This document shows positions 1 through 10,800 of a stretch of DNA of 64,000 bases, piece by piece; the stretch's first letter is position 1; every line of letters begins with the position of its first letter. The stretch spans positions 30,727 to 94,726 of the forward strand of contig JBBCAX010000150.1 of NCBI GenBank assembly GCA_051382335.1, in the 5' to 3' direction. Under the pieces are notes generated by a model. That model searched no databases. It was given only the letters and a program-made list of their open reading frames with translations, and was not told the DNA's origin. The DNA comes from Deltaproteobacteria bacterium TL4 (GTDB lineage: Bacteria > SAR324 > NAC60-12). A program made the position numbers and the translations under genes.

Positions 1-495
1 GAAGGTTGTGGTTCTGATAGCATCCAAGGCGATTCTGAGTTTGCGACCATTCTGGGGCAAATGGGGGCGGATGTCCAGTGGGACGCGCATTCTATCACGG
101 TTACCGGAAAAACTTTGAAAGGCCTTGATGTGGATATGAATACCATGCCTGACGCCGCCATGACCTTGGCGGTTGTGGCCTTATTCGCAAAAGGAAAAAC
201 CGCCATCCGCAATATTTATAACTGGCGTGTTAAAGAAACAGAACGCTTGCACGCGGTCTCTACGGAGTTGAAAAAATTAGGCGCAATTGTCGAAGTAGGT
301 GAAGACTACCTGGTGATTACGCCTCCCGCATCAATCAGTCCCGCATCCATTGAAACCTATGATGATCATCGTATGGCAATGGCCTTCTCGCTGGCAGCCT
401 GTGGTCATCAAACCATCCTCATCCAAGATCCAGACTGTGTCCGTAAAACCTTTCCTGATTATTTTGAAATCCTCGCTTCCTTGAGTCAGTCTTAA
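1..495 (+). CDS. aroA: 3-phosphoshikimate 1-carboxyvinyltransferase (EPSP synthase), 5'-truncated by the window edge
   Basis: Frame is open from position 1. C-terminal EPSPS motifs: [40 protein letters not shown]. Confidence 0.97.
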   Translation, partial: EGCGSDSIQGDSEFATILGQMGADVQWDAHSITVTGKTLKGLDVDMNTMPDAAMTLAVVALFAKGKTAIRNIYNWRVKETERLHAVSTELKKLGAIVEVGEDYLVITPPASISPASIETYDDHRMAMAFSLAACGHQTILIQDPDCVRKTFPDYFEILASLSQS

Positions 496-799
496 AGTAA
501 CCGTGACTGAACTGGCTCAGGCCGCTCGCTGAATTGCTGAAAACTGTATTTGGTCTGGATATGTCTCTCACTATCAGGTAGTGTAACCCTCCCAATTCGG
601 CTTTGTTAAATAAGATTTTCTGAGCCTCGCGGAGGAGCGACCGCAGGTGGTCTTCCTCTAAACGTATGTAACAAAGAAGGAATTTAACCTTTTCGCATGA
701 TTTTTGACGGGTAGCTTCGCCGCCCCCTCCTGCTTCCTAGGTAGAATCAAACCATGCTGATTAACCTTTTTAACAACCTTTAACAGACAAAATCATTTT

Positions 800-1888
800 A
801 TGGACGATTTACAAGAACAATTCATTGCTGCATTTTCTGAAATTATGGATGCAGATACAGGAAAAGACCTGACAGAAACGGAGATCATTTATAGCTGCCT
901 GGTCAACGGCAATTTTGCCAAAGTGATTCTGATTCTCCCTGAAAATTCGCCTCAACGTGAATCATTGCCTCCTCAGATCGAAGAAAAATTGACTCAAATT
1001 GAGGGGATTAACCGGGTTGCTGTTGAAATACATGCGGAACCGCCTCAGGCAGAAACACCAGAACCCACGGCCACCGCGGCTAAGACAGGACGTCCACTTC
1101 AACAACCGAAAAATACCGCTTATTTGGATAACTATGACGCGGTTATTGTGATTGCAAGCGGAAAAGGCGGAGTCGGGAAATCAACCGTTGCTATTAATTT
1201 AGCGTTGGCTCTTGCTCAACGGGGCAAATCGGTGTCTCTTTTTGATGCCGATATCTACGGTCCCAGTTTACCAATCATGATGGGCATCCGGGAATCCAAG
1301 CCGGTTGTGAATCAAAATTCGATCACGCCCATTGAGATTTACGGGATTCAAACCTTGTCCATTGGGAATCTGGTGGATGAAAACTCTTCAATGATCTGGC
1401 GTGGGCCGATGGTTCACCAAGCCCTATCTCAACTTTTAGGAGATACACGTTGGCCGGGTGGTGATTTCATGATTATTGACCTCCCTCCAGGGACAGGCGA
1501 CGCGCAGTTGACGATATCTCAGCTTTGTGAGTTGACAGGAGCCGTTATCGTTTCTACACCTCAAGACGTGGCGTTATTGGATGCGAGGAAGGCCATCAAT
1601 ATGTTTTCCAAAGTGGATGTTGAAATCCTGGGTATTGTGGAAAATATGAGTACGTTTATTTGTCCTCATTGTGAAAAAGAAACCGCGATTTTCGACACCA
1701 ATGGGGCCAAGAAAGCCAGTGAAGAATTGGGAATCAGTTTTTTAGGCGCAATTCCTATCGAACTGGATGTTCGTAAAGGCGGAGATCAGGGACGTCCGGT
1801 GATGACTCAGAATGTGGACTCTGCCGCAACTCAAGCCTTCCGGTCTATTGCTTCCAACCTCATAAAAATTGTTGATGAGATGGAGTAG
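800..1888 (+). CDS. apbC: Mrp/NBP35 (ApbC) Fe-S cluster carrier ATPase
   Basis: SGKGGVGKST Walker A, DADIYGPS, IWRGPM, DLPPGTGDAQL, ENMSTFICPHC. Confidence 0.95.
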   Translation: MDDLQEQFIAAFSEIMDADTGKDLTETEIIYSCLVNGNFAKVILILPENSPQRESLPPQIEEKLTQIEGINRVAVEIHAEPPQAETPEPTATAAKTGRPLQQPKNTAYLDNYDAVIVIASGKGGVGKSTVAINLALALAQRGKSVSLFDADIYGPSLPIMMGIRESKPVVNQNSITPIEIYGIQTLSIGNLVDENSSMIWRGPMVHQALSQLLGDTRWPGGDFMIIDLPPGTGDAQLTISQLCELTGAVIVSTPQDVALLDARKAINMFSKVDVEILGIVENMSTFICPHCEKETAIFDTNGAKKASEELGISFLGAIPIELDVRKGGDQGRPVMTQNVDSAATQAFRSIASNLIKIVDEME

Positions 1889-1898
1889 AGACGGGTTT

Positions 1899-3872
1899 AT
1901 GAGCCATTCTTCTCCCGAAAAAAAATCCTGGTTAGACGCGTCGTTCCTAACGTTTTTATGGATCATGCTCCTAACCTGGATTGCTTACTTTGACACGCTT
2001 CGAGCACCTTTCTTTTTTGATGATATCACCAATATCGCAGAGCAACAGAGTTTTGGCTCACTCTCTGTAGTCTGGAAAAATGTTTGGTCTGCTTTTTATC
2101 TGCCCCAACGCGGTTTGGTCAATTTAACCCTTGCCCTTAATTATCACTTTCACCAGCTTGAGGTTTGGGGATATCATGCCGTCAATATTAGCATCCACGC
2201 GATAAACGCCTTCATTCTTCTGCAACTGATCAAAATACTGGGTTCTTCACACGCGAAACCTATTCCACGCTTTTCTCTTTACTGTACTGTCGCGTATTTT
2301 GTTGTCCATCCTTTGATGACCGCGTCTGTTAACTACACCATGCAGCGTGCGACTGAAATGCTGACGATGGTTTATATGCTGACGGTAATCAGTTATCTCC
2401 AAATGAAACGCGCTCAAGCGAAAAAACAGGTTTTATGGGGATTGTCCCTCGTGGTTAATGCTTGGTTTGCGTACCAGTGCAAGGAGATTTCCTTGACACT
2501 TCCGCTGTTATTGATGAGCTATGAAATATTAATTCGTGCCCATACGTCCAGTCTGATACCGTTTGTCAAAAAACTGTTTATTCCACTGACACTCTTTGTT
2601 TTTATTGCCCTATTTTATCTTTATCAATTGGATTTCTTCAGCTCTTCCTTGCATTCTGTAGGATTTAACTCACCGCTGCTGTGGAGTCCCTGGCAACAGT
2701 TTCAAGCACAAATGCAAGCACTTCTGCATTATTGGAAGATGCTGCTCTTCCCCTTATCCCATTGGCTAAATATCGATCATGATTTCAGAATATCGACCTT
2801 GCTGATTGATGGCTGGTCCATGCTTGCGGCCTTGATTCACTTGCTTTTATTAGGAGTTGCGTGGAACTTGGCTCAAAAGCGATACCTCCTCAGTGCATTG
2901 GGTATTGTCTGGTTTTATGTAACTTTTTTCCCTTATACCCTTATTCCTGAAAATGATATCCTAGTGGATTATAAAGCGTATTTTTCTGGAATTGGCTTTT
3001 TTTTGATTTTCGCGGATCTGCTCTCTCAGCTTTATCCTTTGCTTTGCCGTCACAAATTACGAGGAGTGATCTGGGGACTTTTGGGGTTTGCCCTCCTGGG
3101 AACATGGAGCCGGAATAGCATTTATGAAAGCAGTATTTCCCTATGGACCGATGCCGCGCAGAAGTCTCCGCAAAAAGCACGGGTTCATAATAATTTAGGA
3201 GATGCTTATTTTGAAAAGGAACAATGGGCTCAAGCGACGGTTCATTTTAAAAAGGCAGTTGAACTCAATGCTACGTACTTAAAAGCAAAACTGAATCTTG
3301 CAAAAGCGTACATGCAAGCAAAGCAGTATCTTCAAGCTCAGCAGATTCACGAAGAGTTGATGGCGATTATTCCAAAAAATTATGAATTAAATTATGACAT
3401 TGCCCGACGTTTGAATCTTGAAGGAAACAAGGTGGAAGGTATTCAGCGGTATCATCAATTGCTGGAACTTATCCAGCAAAACCCGACGGATCCGCAAAAT
3501 CTCCTGTATCGTACCTCCACCTACAACAGTCTGGGAAAAACCTACCTGGAGTTAGAGCAATGGGAACAGGCCAAAGAGTCTCTCAACTTAGCTCTTGAAT
3601 TAGATCCGGATCACGCAACCGCTCATTATAATTTAGGAACCGTATGGTTAAAACAAAGGAATCCCAACCTTGCGATTCCCCATTTATTACAGTCGATCAA
3701 AATAAATCCCAACAACGTGGAAGGCCTTAACAACCTTGGGGTTGCTTACCTCCAACTCGGCTTCTTTCCACAGGCAAAATTAACATTCCAAGCCGTATTA
3801 ACGCTCTCTCCCACTCATCCGGATGCCCTCCAAAATTTAAGATTCTTAAAGCAACGATTTCCTGGGCTTTAG
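1899..3872 (+). CDS. Multi-pass membrane protein with C-terminal TPRs, TMTC-like GT-C glycosyltransferase fold
   Basis: FFFDD after TM1, YHAVNISIHAIN, HPLMTASVNY..QR, KE motif, many TM segments, then TPRs (HNNLGDAY, YNSLG, HYNLG, NNLGVAY). ATG at 1899 chosen to avoid overlap with apbC. Confidence 0.8.
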   Translation: MSHSSPEKKSWLDASFLTFLWIMLLTWIAYFDTLRAPFFFDDITNIAEQQSFGSLSVVWKNVWSAFYLPQRGLVNLTLALNYHFHQLEVWGYHAVNISIHAINAFILLQLIKILGSSHAKPIPRFSLYCTVAYFVVHPLMTASVNYTMQRATEMLTMVYMLTVISYLQMKRAQAKKQVLWGLSLVVNAWFAYQCKEISLTLPLLLMSYEILIRAHTSSLIPFVKKLFIPLTLFVFIALFYLYQLDFFSSSLHSVGFNSPLLWSPWQQFQAQMQALLHYWKMLLFPLSHWLNIDHDFRISTLLIDGWSMLAALIHLLLLGVAWNLAQKRYLLSALGIVWFYVTFFPYTLIPENDILVDYKAYFSGIGFFLIFADLLSQLYPLLCRHKLRGVIWGLLGFALLGTWSRNSIYESSISLWTDAAQKSPQKARVHNNLGDAYFEKEQWAQATVHFKKAVELNATYLKAKLNLAKAYMQAKQYLQAQQIHEELMAIIPKNYELNYDIARRLNLEGNKVEGIQRYHQLLELIQQNPTDPQNLLYRTSTYNSLGKTYLELEQWEQAKESLNLALELDPDHATAHYNLGTVWLKQRNPNLAIPHLLQSIKINPNNVEGLNNLGVAYLQLGFFPQAKLTFQAVLTLSPTHPDALQNLRFLKQRFPGL

Positions 3873-3887
3873 TGGTGACACTGAGTG

Positions 3888-6710
3888 TTATGGGGCGGGA
3901 ACGCTCCAAAGTGGAAACGATTTTTTCATAATGATGTCGTTAAGATTCCGTGCGTGGATGACGATTTCGTTGTAGCCTGGTGAGAGTTCAAGGGGAATGT
4001 CAAAAGGAAATAGTGTGGACTCTTTGTCGGAATTTAAACCATAAAATATTTTTTTCTGGTTGATAAAAACATACATATCTTTCACAGCTCGCTGCCCTTC
4101 GATCTGCCCTTTGAAGTTGACCCTTTTACTGGAGGTTTGGTAAGCGACAGGCTGGTTTGAAGTATCAAGCACCTGCATCTGTTCCAACTGAGTGGCTTGG
4201 AAAGTCCCGTTGGGAAGCTGTTGTTTGAGGGGGAGGGGAACGATCAGTTCCTGGTTTCCAAAATCAGCGTCTTGGATCTCCACGTTTAATTTTGACAAAG
4301 CGTCCTTGGTCTTTTTAAAGACCAGAAAGGCGGTTTTGCTTTCATTCGGTTTGATTTTTCCTAAAATCGATCGGCCCTTACTGATGCTGAGATCAGGACT
4401 CTGATCTTTTAAGGTGATCACGGCATTCTGGGCTTCCCCCGGTCCCTCATTGTGAATGATGGCTTGCAAGACAATCGTTTCTCCTGTTTGCAACAGTCCA
4501 TCGCCATTCCCTTCGCTGCCTTGGGTTCCGTCATCCAAGCCTGTGAGTGTGAGTTGAAACCTGGGTTCAGAGAGACACTTTATGGGAAGTAACCGGGTTT
4601 GTGAGGAAAAAGTCTGCATCTCTGAGTCTATCAGTTTGAGTGTGATGACTTCGAGCGCATTGTGACTCTCTTCTGGAATGGAAATGTTTAAGGTTTGCGT
4701 TCGTGTTTTTCCCGCCTCAAGATAACCTACAGGCAATTCCAAATGATGAAAAGCAGGATTAGGGCTTTCAGTAAGAATCAGTAATCGACTTTCAGACCGG
4801 GTACCAACGTTGGTGACTTTTATTTGAAGATGCAGCTCAGAATTTACGGGGATACTGGAATCAAAAGGTTTCCACTCATGTGGCTCTTGCGTAGCGGTCC
4901 ATTCAATGTTGGTCTTCATTTCGAAGGCAGAGGGCTCAGGGGTCGTCTCTCTTAAGTTCCAATCAACGCCCATTTGATCCAGTGCTTGAATAATTTCCTG
5001 TTCTTGCTTTTTGGCAACCTGTGGTTGAAGTGCAAGAGCGGTGTTCAGTAATTTTTCACTGCCGCCTTTTTTCAAATTTTCCAATAAAATCTGCTTGGCA
5101 AATTGAACAAAAAAATCATTTTCCAAGGTATCCAAGGAGGGTTCTGGAGAAACAAAAAACTGAGCAGAGGCGTCTGTATTCGAATAGTCATGCCGATAGT
5201 ATTGAAGTTGTGCCTCTGGAACTTCAGGTTGTGAAATCCAGGAGCTAAAACTGTCTACCTCAATTTTTTCAATAGGGAGTACATTTTTTTGTGACAATTG
5301 AATGTGTTCCTTGGAGATAATTGCTGGATACAGAAGGATATTCGGCGTGACTCCCACCGATTGAATGGATTTATTATTAGGTGTCAAATATTGAGCAATT
5401 GTGAGTTTTAATGCGCCTCCATTGTCTAAATCCCATACGGATTGTACGGACCCTTTGCCAAAAGTCTGCTCTCCAAGCAACACGGCACGTTGATGTTTTT
5501 TTAAGGCCGCCGCAACGATTTCAGAGGCGGAAGCACTTCCTGCATTGACCAAAATGACGATTGGCAATTGAGTCAGAAGATGATTTTTTAAAGGCCAATA
5601 AGACTTGTATACTTGCTGTTGTTGATGATGACTTAACGTAGAGACAATCACCTTTTCTTCGGTAAGAAAGAGATCACTCATGTTGATAGCCTGTTCCAGC
5701 AACCCGCCAGGGTTATTTCTAAGATCCAGAATAAGGCCATGGGACTCCTGCAAATTTTCCAACCCCTCATACAGTTCTTTGAGCGTGTGTTCTTGAAAGT
5801 TTTTGATTCGTATATATCGAATGGGATTGGGGCTTGTTTTCAATTCTTGGACAACCACACTATTGATCTTGATCACTTCACGGGTAAGTTCGTATTTTTG
5901 AGGTTGGGTGAAGCCTTTCCTCATGATATGAAGGATTATTTTACTTCCGGTCTCTCCACGCAAACGTGAAATACTGTCAGTCAGTGTGATGTTGGCTGTC
6001 TCTTCATTATCAATTTTAACAATACGGTCCTTGGGACGGATGTCGGCACGTGCGGCGGGACTTCCATCAATAGGTGAAATTACAATCAACTCTTGGTCCC
6101 GAATACCAATCATCAGTCCAACGCCCGCAAATTCGCCAGAGGTTACAATTTTGAATTCCTGGTAAATATCCGCTGTAAGCAATACTGAATGAGGGTCTAG
6201 CCTGGCGAGAAGGCCGCGAATCATCACAATGTCAATATCATTGGTAGCGGGGAGGGTTGTGGTTATGGTTGAATAGAGATATTGCAATACCTGATGCAGA
6301 TCCCTCAGGTTCCTGAGGTTGGAAAGATCGATTGTCTGTGAGCTGTCTCCAAGTGTAAATTGTAACTGTTTCTGTCCTGAGGTCTGGATTACGAGTTGGG
6401 TTTGAACCTCCGGGATCTCATCTTCAAGAGCGATCAAGGCCCCCTCTAGCATCGCTAAGGTATCCATGTGCTCGGGTTCGACATAGTCTAACTGAACTCG
6501 CATCAACACTTCTGAAAGCAGCGAAGATGAATGTTGCAAGCTTAAGGTTGAAGGGGATATGGTCTGAGATTCAGAGAGGCTCAACGCCAATTTTGAGGAA
6601 GAACCGCACCCTGCGGTGGCAACGATAAGTCCCCACAGAATGAGGAGGCTTCGGCATTTCAAATAACATTTTTTGTATCGAAAGGGGATCCTTTTTATGA
6701 AACGTAACAT
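3888..6710 (-). CDS. S41 carboxy-terminal processing protease (CtpA/Prc-like, MXAN_5808-like long form), probable lipoprotein
   Basis: LDPHS, PDZ (GVGLMIG..DGSPA), LDLRNNPGGLL, SASASEIVA, TFGKGSVQ, YLTP; lipobox-like TAGC; beta-rich C-terminal extension. Confidence 0.9.
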   Translation of the reverse strand: MLRFIKRIPFRYKKCYLKCRSLLILWGLIVATAGCGSSSKLALSLSESQTISPSTLSLQHSSSLLSEVLMRVQLDYVEPEHMDTLAMLEGALIALEDEIPEVQTQLVIQTSGQKQLQFTLGDSSQTIDLSNLRNLRDLHQVLQYLYSTITTTLPATNDIDIVMIRGLLARLDPHSVLLTADIYQEFKIVTSGEFAGVGLMIGIRDQELIVISPIDGSPAARADIRPKDRIVKIDNEETANITLTDSISRLRGETGSKIILHIMRKGFTQPQKYELTREVIKINSVVVQELKTSPNPIRYIRIKNFQEHTLKELYEGLENLQESHGLILDLRNNPGGLLEQAINMSDLFLTEEKVIVSTLSHHQQQQVYKSYWPLKNHLLTQLPIVILVNAGSASASEIVAAALKKHQRAVLLGEQTFGKGSVQSVWDLDNGGALKLTIAQYLTPNNKSIQSVGVTPNILLYPAIISKEHIQLSQKNVLPIEKIEVDSFSSWISQPEVPEAQLQYYRHDYSNTDASAQFFVSPEPSLDTLENDFFVQFAKQILLENLKKGGSEKLLNTALALQPQVAKKQEQEIIQALDQMGVDWNLRETTPEPSAFEMKTNIEWTATQEPHEWKPFDSSIPVNSELHLQIKVTNVGTRSESRLLILTESPNPAFHHLELPVGYLEAGKTRTQTLNISIPEESHNALEVITLKLIDSEMQTFSSQTRLLPIKCLSEPRFQLTLTGLDDGTQGSEGNGDGLLQTGETIVLQAIIHNEGPGEAQNAVITLKDQSPDLSISKGRSILGKIKPNESKTAFLVFKKTKDALSKLNVEIQDADFGNQELIVPLPLKQQLPNGTFQATQLEQMQVLDTSNQPVAYQTSSKRVNFKGQIEGQRAVKDMYVFINQKKIFYGLNSDKESTLFPFDIPLELSPGYNEIVIHARNLNDIIMKKSFPLWSVPAP

Positions 6711-6898
6711 ATTTCCAATCCACTCATCAAAGGCCTCAGAATAGCTGCTGTAAGCACCTCTGAAAGTTCTCTAGGCGCCATATCCAGAGCGTCTTTTTCA
6801 TTTTTTGTCTGTAAAATTTCATGAGACTTTGGTGAGAATAGGCTGGAAGTGATAAAGCTTTCTTCGGTAGTCTCGTCTGCAATCAGTATTTTTTCCAT
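6695..6898 (-). pseudogene. Truncated, degenerate response-regulator receiver fragment
   Basis: MEKILIADE ... LMSGLEIC resembles the first half of a receiver domain; no phosphoacceptor Asp; only 67 aa. Confidence 0.45.
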
Positions 6899-7010
6899 AA
6901 GAAATCAACGCTTAATGCCCAGGTTTGGAGTAATCATTTAAATTCTCTTTTAACTATGTAAAAACTTGGTATGGTTACATACATCAGCTAACTCTATCCC
7001 CACTGTAAAT

Positions 7011-7778
7011 ATGTCACAAGAGAATATTGCTTTCAAACGTCCTGACTCCATCAAAAAGATATCAGATAAACTCATCTACTCGCTGGAAGATAAGCGACTC
7101 GATTTTTTGTTTGAGGCCTGTCAACAATACGGGGAGGTTTATAAAAATAAACGTTTCTGGCCTCTGTTCCTGACCATTGCTTTCAGTTGGCTGGTGTTTC
7201 CCCTCATTTTTTGGCTCATCTATCGCTATCAAATTCCAGAAGGGAAACAGCTCCGTTTGTTGAAACAAGAACTCAATGAGTTGAGAGAAACACGGGAAAG
7301 ACGTACTTTTTGGAGAAAAATCTGGAATAAAAGAAATCGGCTCCCTTCAGAAAATATTCAGGAAATCAATCAGTTCTATAATGCACTCATTCAAGCAATA
7401 CGGCAATACAATATGCGTATTGACCTTTTCGATTACACCTTGGATCGTCAAAGTAAAAAATTAGATCATCCGCTCACCGTAGGCGAGTTGGAACAACTGG
7501 AGGAAACCTTCCAACGTCTTTACGATGAGCTGAGCAGTGCCATCAAACTATTGGAAATCGCGGAGCAAAACCCTGAACTGGATATCATCACCTTATTGAA
7601 AAATCAATATGGTGACACCCAAGTTTCTGTCCACTATCTTTCTCAAACCTCTGACCTCAATCACTCGGGACAATTGATACAGGACTTACTTTTATTAGAA
7701 TCAGAGCTGCGGGCTGATATTGAACAATTAACTGGTGGTTCAAGAACCCGTTTCCCTTTAGAGACCAGTGACTTTTGA
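7011..7778 (+). CDS. Hypothetical protein with one N-terminal hydrophobic segment and a coiled-coil-rich body
   Basis: Long ORF; FWPLFLTIAFSWLVFPLIFWLIY followed by E/L/Q-rich helices. ATG at 7011 preferred over TTG at 6966. Confidence 0.75.
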   Translation: MSQENIAFKRPDSIKKISDKLIYSLEDKRLDFLFEACQQYGEVYKNKRFWPLFLTIAFSWLVFPLIFWLIYRYQIPEGKQLRLLKQELNELRETRERRTFWRKIWNKRNRLPSENIQEINQFYNALIQAIRQYNMRIDLFDYTLDRQSKKLDHPLTVGELEQLEETFQRLYDELSSAIKLLEIAEQNPELDIITLLKNQYGDTQVSVHYLSQTSDLNHSGQLIQDLLLLESELRADIEQLTGGSRTRFPLETSDF

Positions 7779-7888
7779 ATTGCTGAAATCCTGCCTAGGA
7801 ATTCATGGTAGTAATTTTGAAACAAATACGCTAAGTTTGTTCTCGGTCGTGTCCTGCGCCTGAAAACCCCGTTCCCGATGGAGGATCC

Positions 7889-10800
7889 ATGCTTAATCCT
7901 TTTGGCAAAATGTTAAAAGGGAAGAAAACACCAGTCCAGACTTCAAAAACCAATATAGCGCCAACGAAGGGAAAAGTCCCTACCCATAAAGGATTAACAT
8001 CTCCTGTTTCAGAACTTGTCCCGCCAGAAAAGCTTGGTGCGCAATATCAACGACAGTGGCGAGGTCTTGTTGAATTATACCGTTCGTTTCCGTGTCATCC
8101 TTGGAACGCGGAGCTTGAACAAAGTTTGCGCCATTTGTTGAAATCACTTCAATCTCATTATTTCAGCGATGCGTTGCTTCGAACCTATGCTCAGGATGAA
8201 CTCAAAAATTACCAGACTTATGCCTCTGAGGCCTTTGAAATTATGGGACAAACGAATCGCGCCCGAATGGAAAGTTTGCTTAACCTAGCAGACGAAGACA
8301 TGCGTAAAGCGATTTTTGAATCAATTTTTTTGTTTGACCTGAATCCCGACCCTGCACTTCCACTCATCCTGGAAGAACCCTACGGCTTTGATGAAACGGG
8401 ACATCCGCTTAAGCGTAAGTATGGATATCCCGTATTTCAAAAAAACGCACTCACCGGTGTGAAAGGACATTCACGGTTTTTGCCGGAGAGCATAAACAAC
8501 GACACCTCGGGCATGATGCCCTTTTTAAAGGGGGAATACGCTTCCAGAATCGCCGAATTTGGAAAAAACGAAAAGCCCGCAATCACAGCGATCACCACGA
8601 TCGGAAGTCTGGGCGGCATTGGACATAAGCCCAATTCGGATATTGACGCGCAAGTGGTGTTCAACACGGAACCGGAATATGATTTTCGCTGGAATGATGC
8701 TGATTTTTTTATTGCCTTGATTGCTCAGATTTTTCAACAAACTTGTGCCGCTTTTTGGTCTGAGGTCCTTTCTGAGCAGCATCGCAAATCCATTACAGAA
8801 AAAACGCTTGAGGATCTGCGGTTAAAATTTAAAAAATCCTTGTCCTCAGAGGAATTGAAAATCATAGACTCTATTTTCCCAAGTTTGTACAGTCACTATC
8901 GGTTCAAAATAACGTTGGGATACTTGGGAAAACTTCCGCCCCAACAACAAATTCCGTTGATCTATAAACAAATAACAACCACCTTGAGGAAATATCCCTA
9001 TTTTGAGAAACAAAGTGCTCAGATCTTTCGTTTTTTTCCTTTCCTTAAAAAAATGGCTCCTGAAAAATTTCATACCACTTGTTTCCCCTTTTCCGCAAAA
9101 TCCCTTAATACCACCATGCTTAGCCTTGCAATGGCAGCTTTTTATCAGAAAGAACACTTGACTGAGAATGATGCGAAGCGAATTATTCTGTACACAGCCA
9201 AAAAGTATGGAGTGGAACCGAAACAAATCCCTCTGAATAAACGGCCCGCTTTGTTCCTGGCGCACTTAACGTCATCGCCAAAACGGAACCAGGTACTCAC
9301 CTCTTTTTTACATCATTTTTTGGAAAAAATTTCATTTGAAATGATTCCTAAACTGAACGAAATGCGGCCACTCTTTCAACAAATATTTGATCCCGAGGGG
9401 TTGATTTACAACGAGCGGATTTTCAAAGAATTACCCGAGAAGGCCAAGCAGCGGTTCAGGTCAACGATGGTTCAGTTGGTGGAAGGCTACATGAATCAGG
9501 AAGCTGCCAAAAATGAAGCGCAAAGCGCTTTCCCCTTGTATCAAAAGGCTCAGATCGCAGAAGCCTATCTGACTCAAAAATATCCTCATACAGAAATCCA
9601 TTATTTCATTAACATTTTACGGACACTCCGTTTGGGCCAACATACCCCTTTTTTGGTGTCTCCTGAAGGGAGTCAGGCCTATTCTTCCATGTTGAATGAT
9701 TTTTTATTGAATCCTGCGGTCTTTCTCTGTGGCTGCAATCCCATGCCTTTCGATCTTCCCCACGATTTTAAAACCTTGGGGACGATTGGAGTGATTCCAG
9801 CAGAGACCTTCAAACTGACTCAAACCGGGCCTGGCGGAGGCAAAGAAAAATTCACCCTGCAACAATTGTCCAACTGGGGTGAGATTGATATTCCACGTGA
9901 AAAAGTACTGCAGCATGCCATTCCTATCTTTTTACGAGAAAGTGAAAAAGTCAGCCATCGGAATCTGCCGAAAGCCCTGTTGAATTGCTGGTGGATTGAA
10001 ATGATCTGCTGTTTGGAAGACGAATCGACCCCACCTACCAGTTTGACAAGATTGCTGTTTAATCCCAGTGAACGATATTTTGTGAAGCAAAATTTGGAAC
10101 ACCCCTGGGTTAAGGTTCTTAAAGAGATGGAATCCCAGTTTTCTGAATTGGTCAGAGACCCTTGGTGGTTGAAGTTTACAGAAATGTTGACCCGTTTTCA
10201 GGATCCCCTCTTACAGAAACAAATTATTTTTTGTTTCGCACAGCATATTCGCATTTCTGAAGTGATTAATTATACCGATGTAGAAAAAACGATTTGGTTA
10301 GACAAGAATGATAAAACGATCTCTTGGCGGACCTGGGCGTTAGCACGTTTTTATGAATTGTTCATTCCTGACAAAAAAGATCGTATGGACTTGATGAAAT
10401 TCACTCAAGGCCGGGATGATATAGGCAATCAGATGGAAGATGAGCTCAAACAAGCGTTTGTGCAATCCATGCAAAATGTTCAAAAGAAAATCCTCAGTCT
10501 GAATCATACTCGTTCCTTGAAAGCGGTGAGTCGGTATATCTTGAGTATGAAGCAGGGTCAAACCAACAAAGAAAGGATGCAGAAACATTTGGTGAATCTT
10601 TTGAAAATTGTCAATAATACCCTGGTGATTGCTGACGAAAAAGTGATGCTCAAAGCAAAGGCGGAAGAAGCTTTAAATTCCGTGGAACAAATGCAACTGG
10701 AGGTATTGACGCTTGATCGGAAAAAAGTTCGTCAAGTGAGTGAGGAAATTGTCTATTTCCATGAACAGTTTGACATGCATCTCGATGTCAATCGAATTGA

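Noticed and set aside
496..799. ncRNA or intron remnant between aroA and apbC
   Set aside because: Only short GC hairpins (e.g. GAGGA..GACC/GGTC..TCCTC); no family motif I can support.
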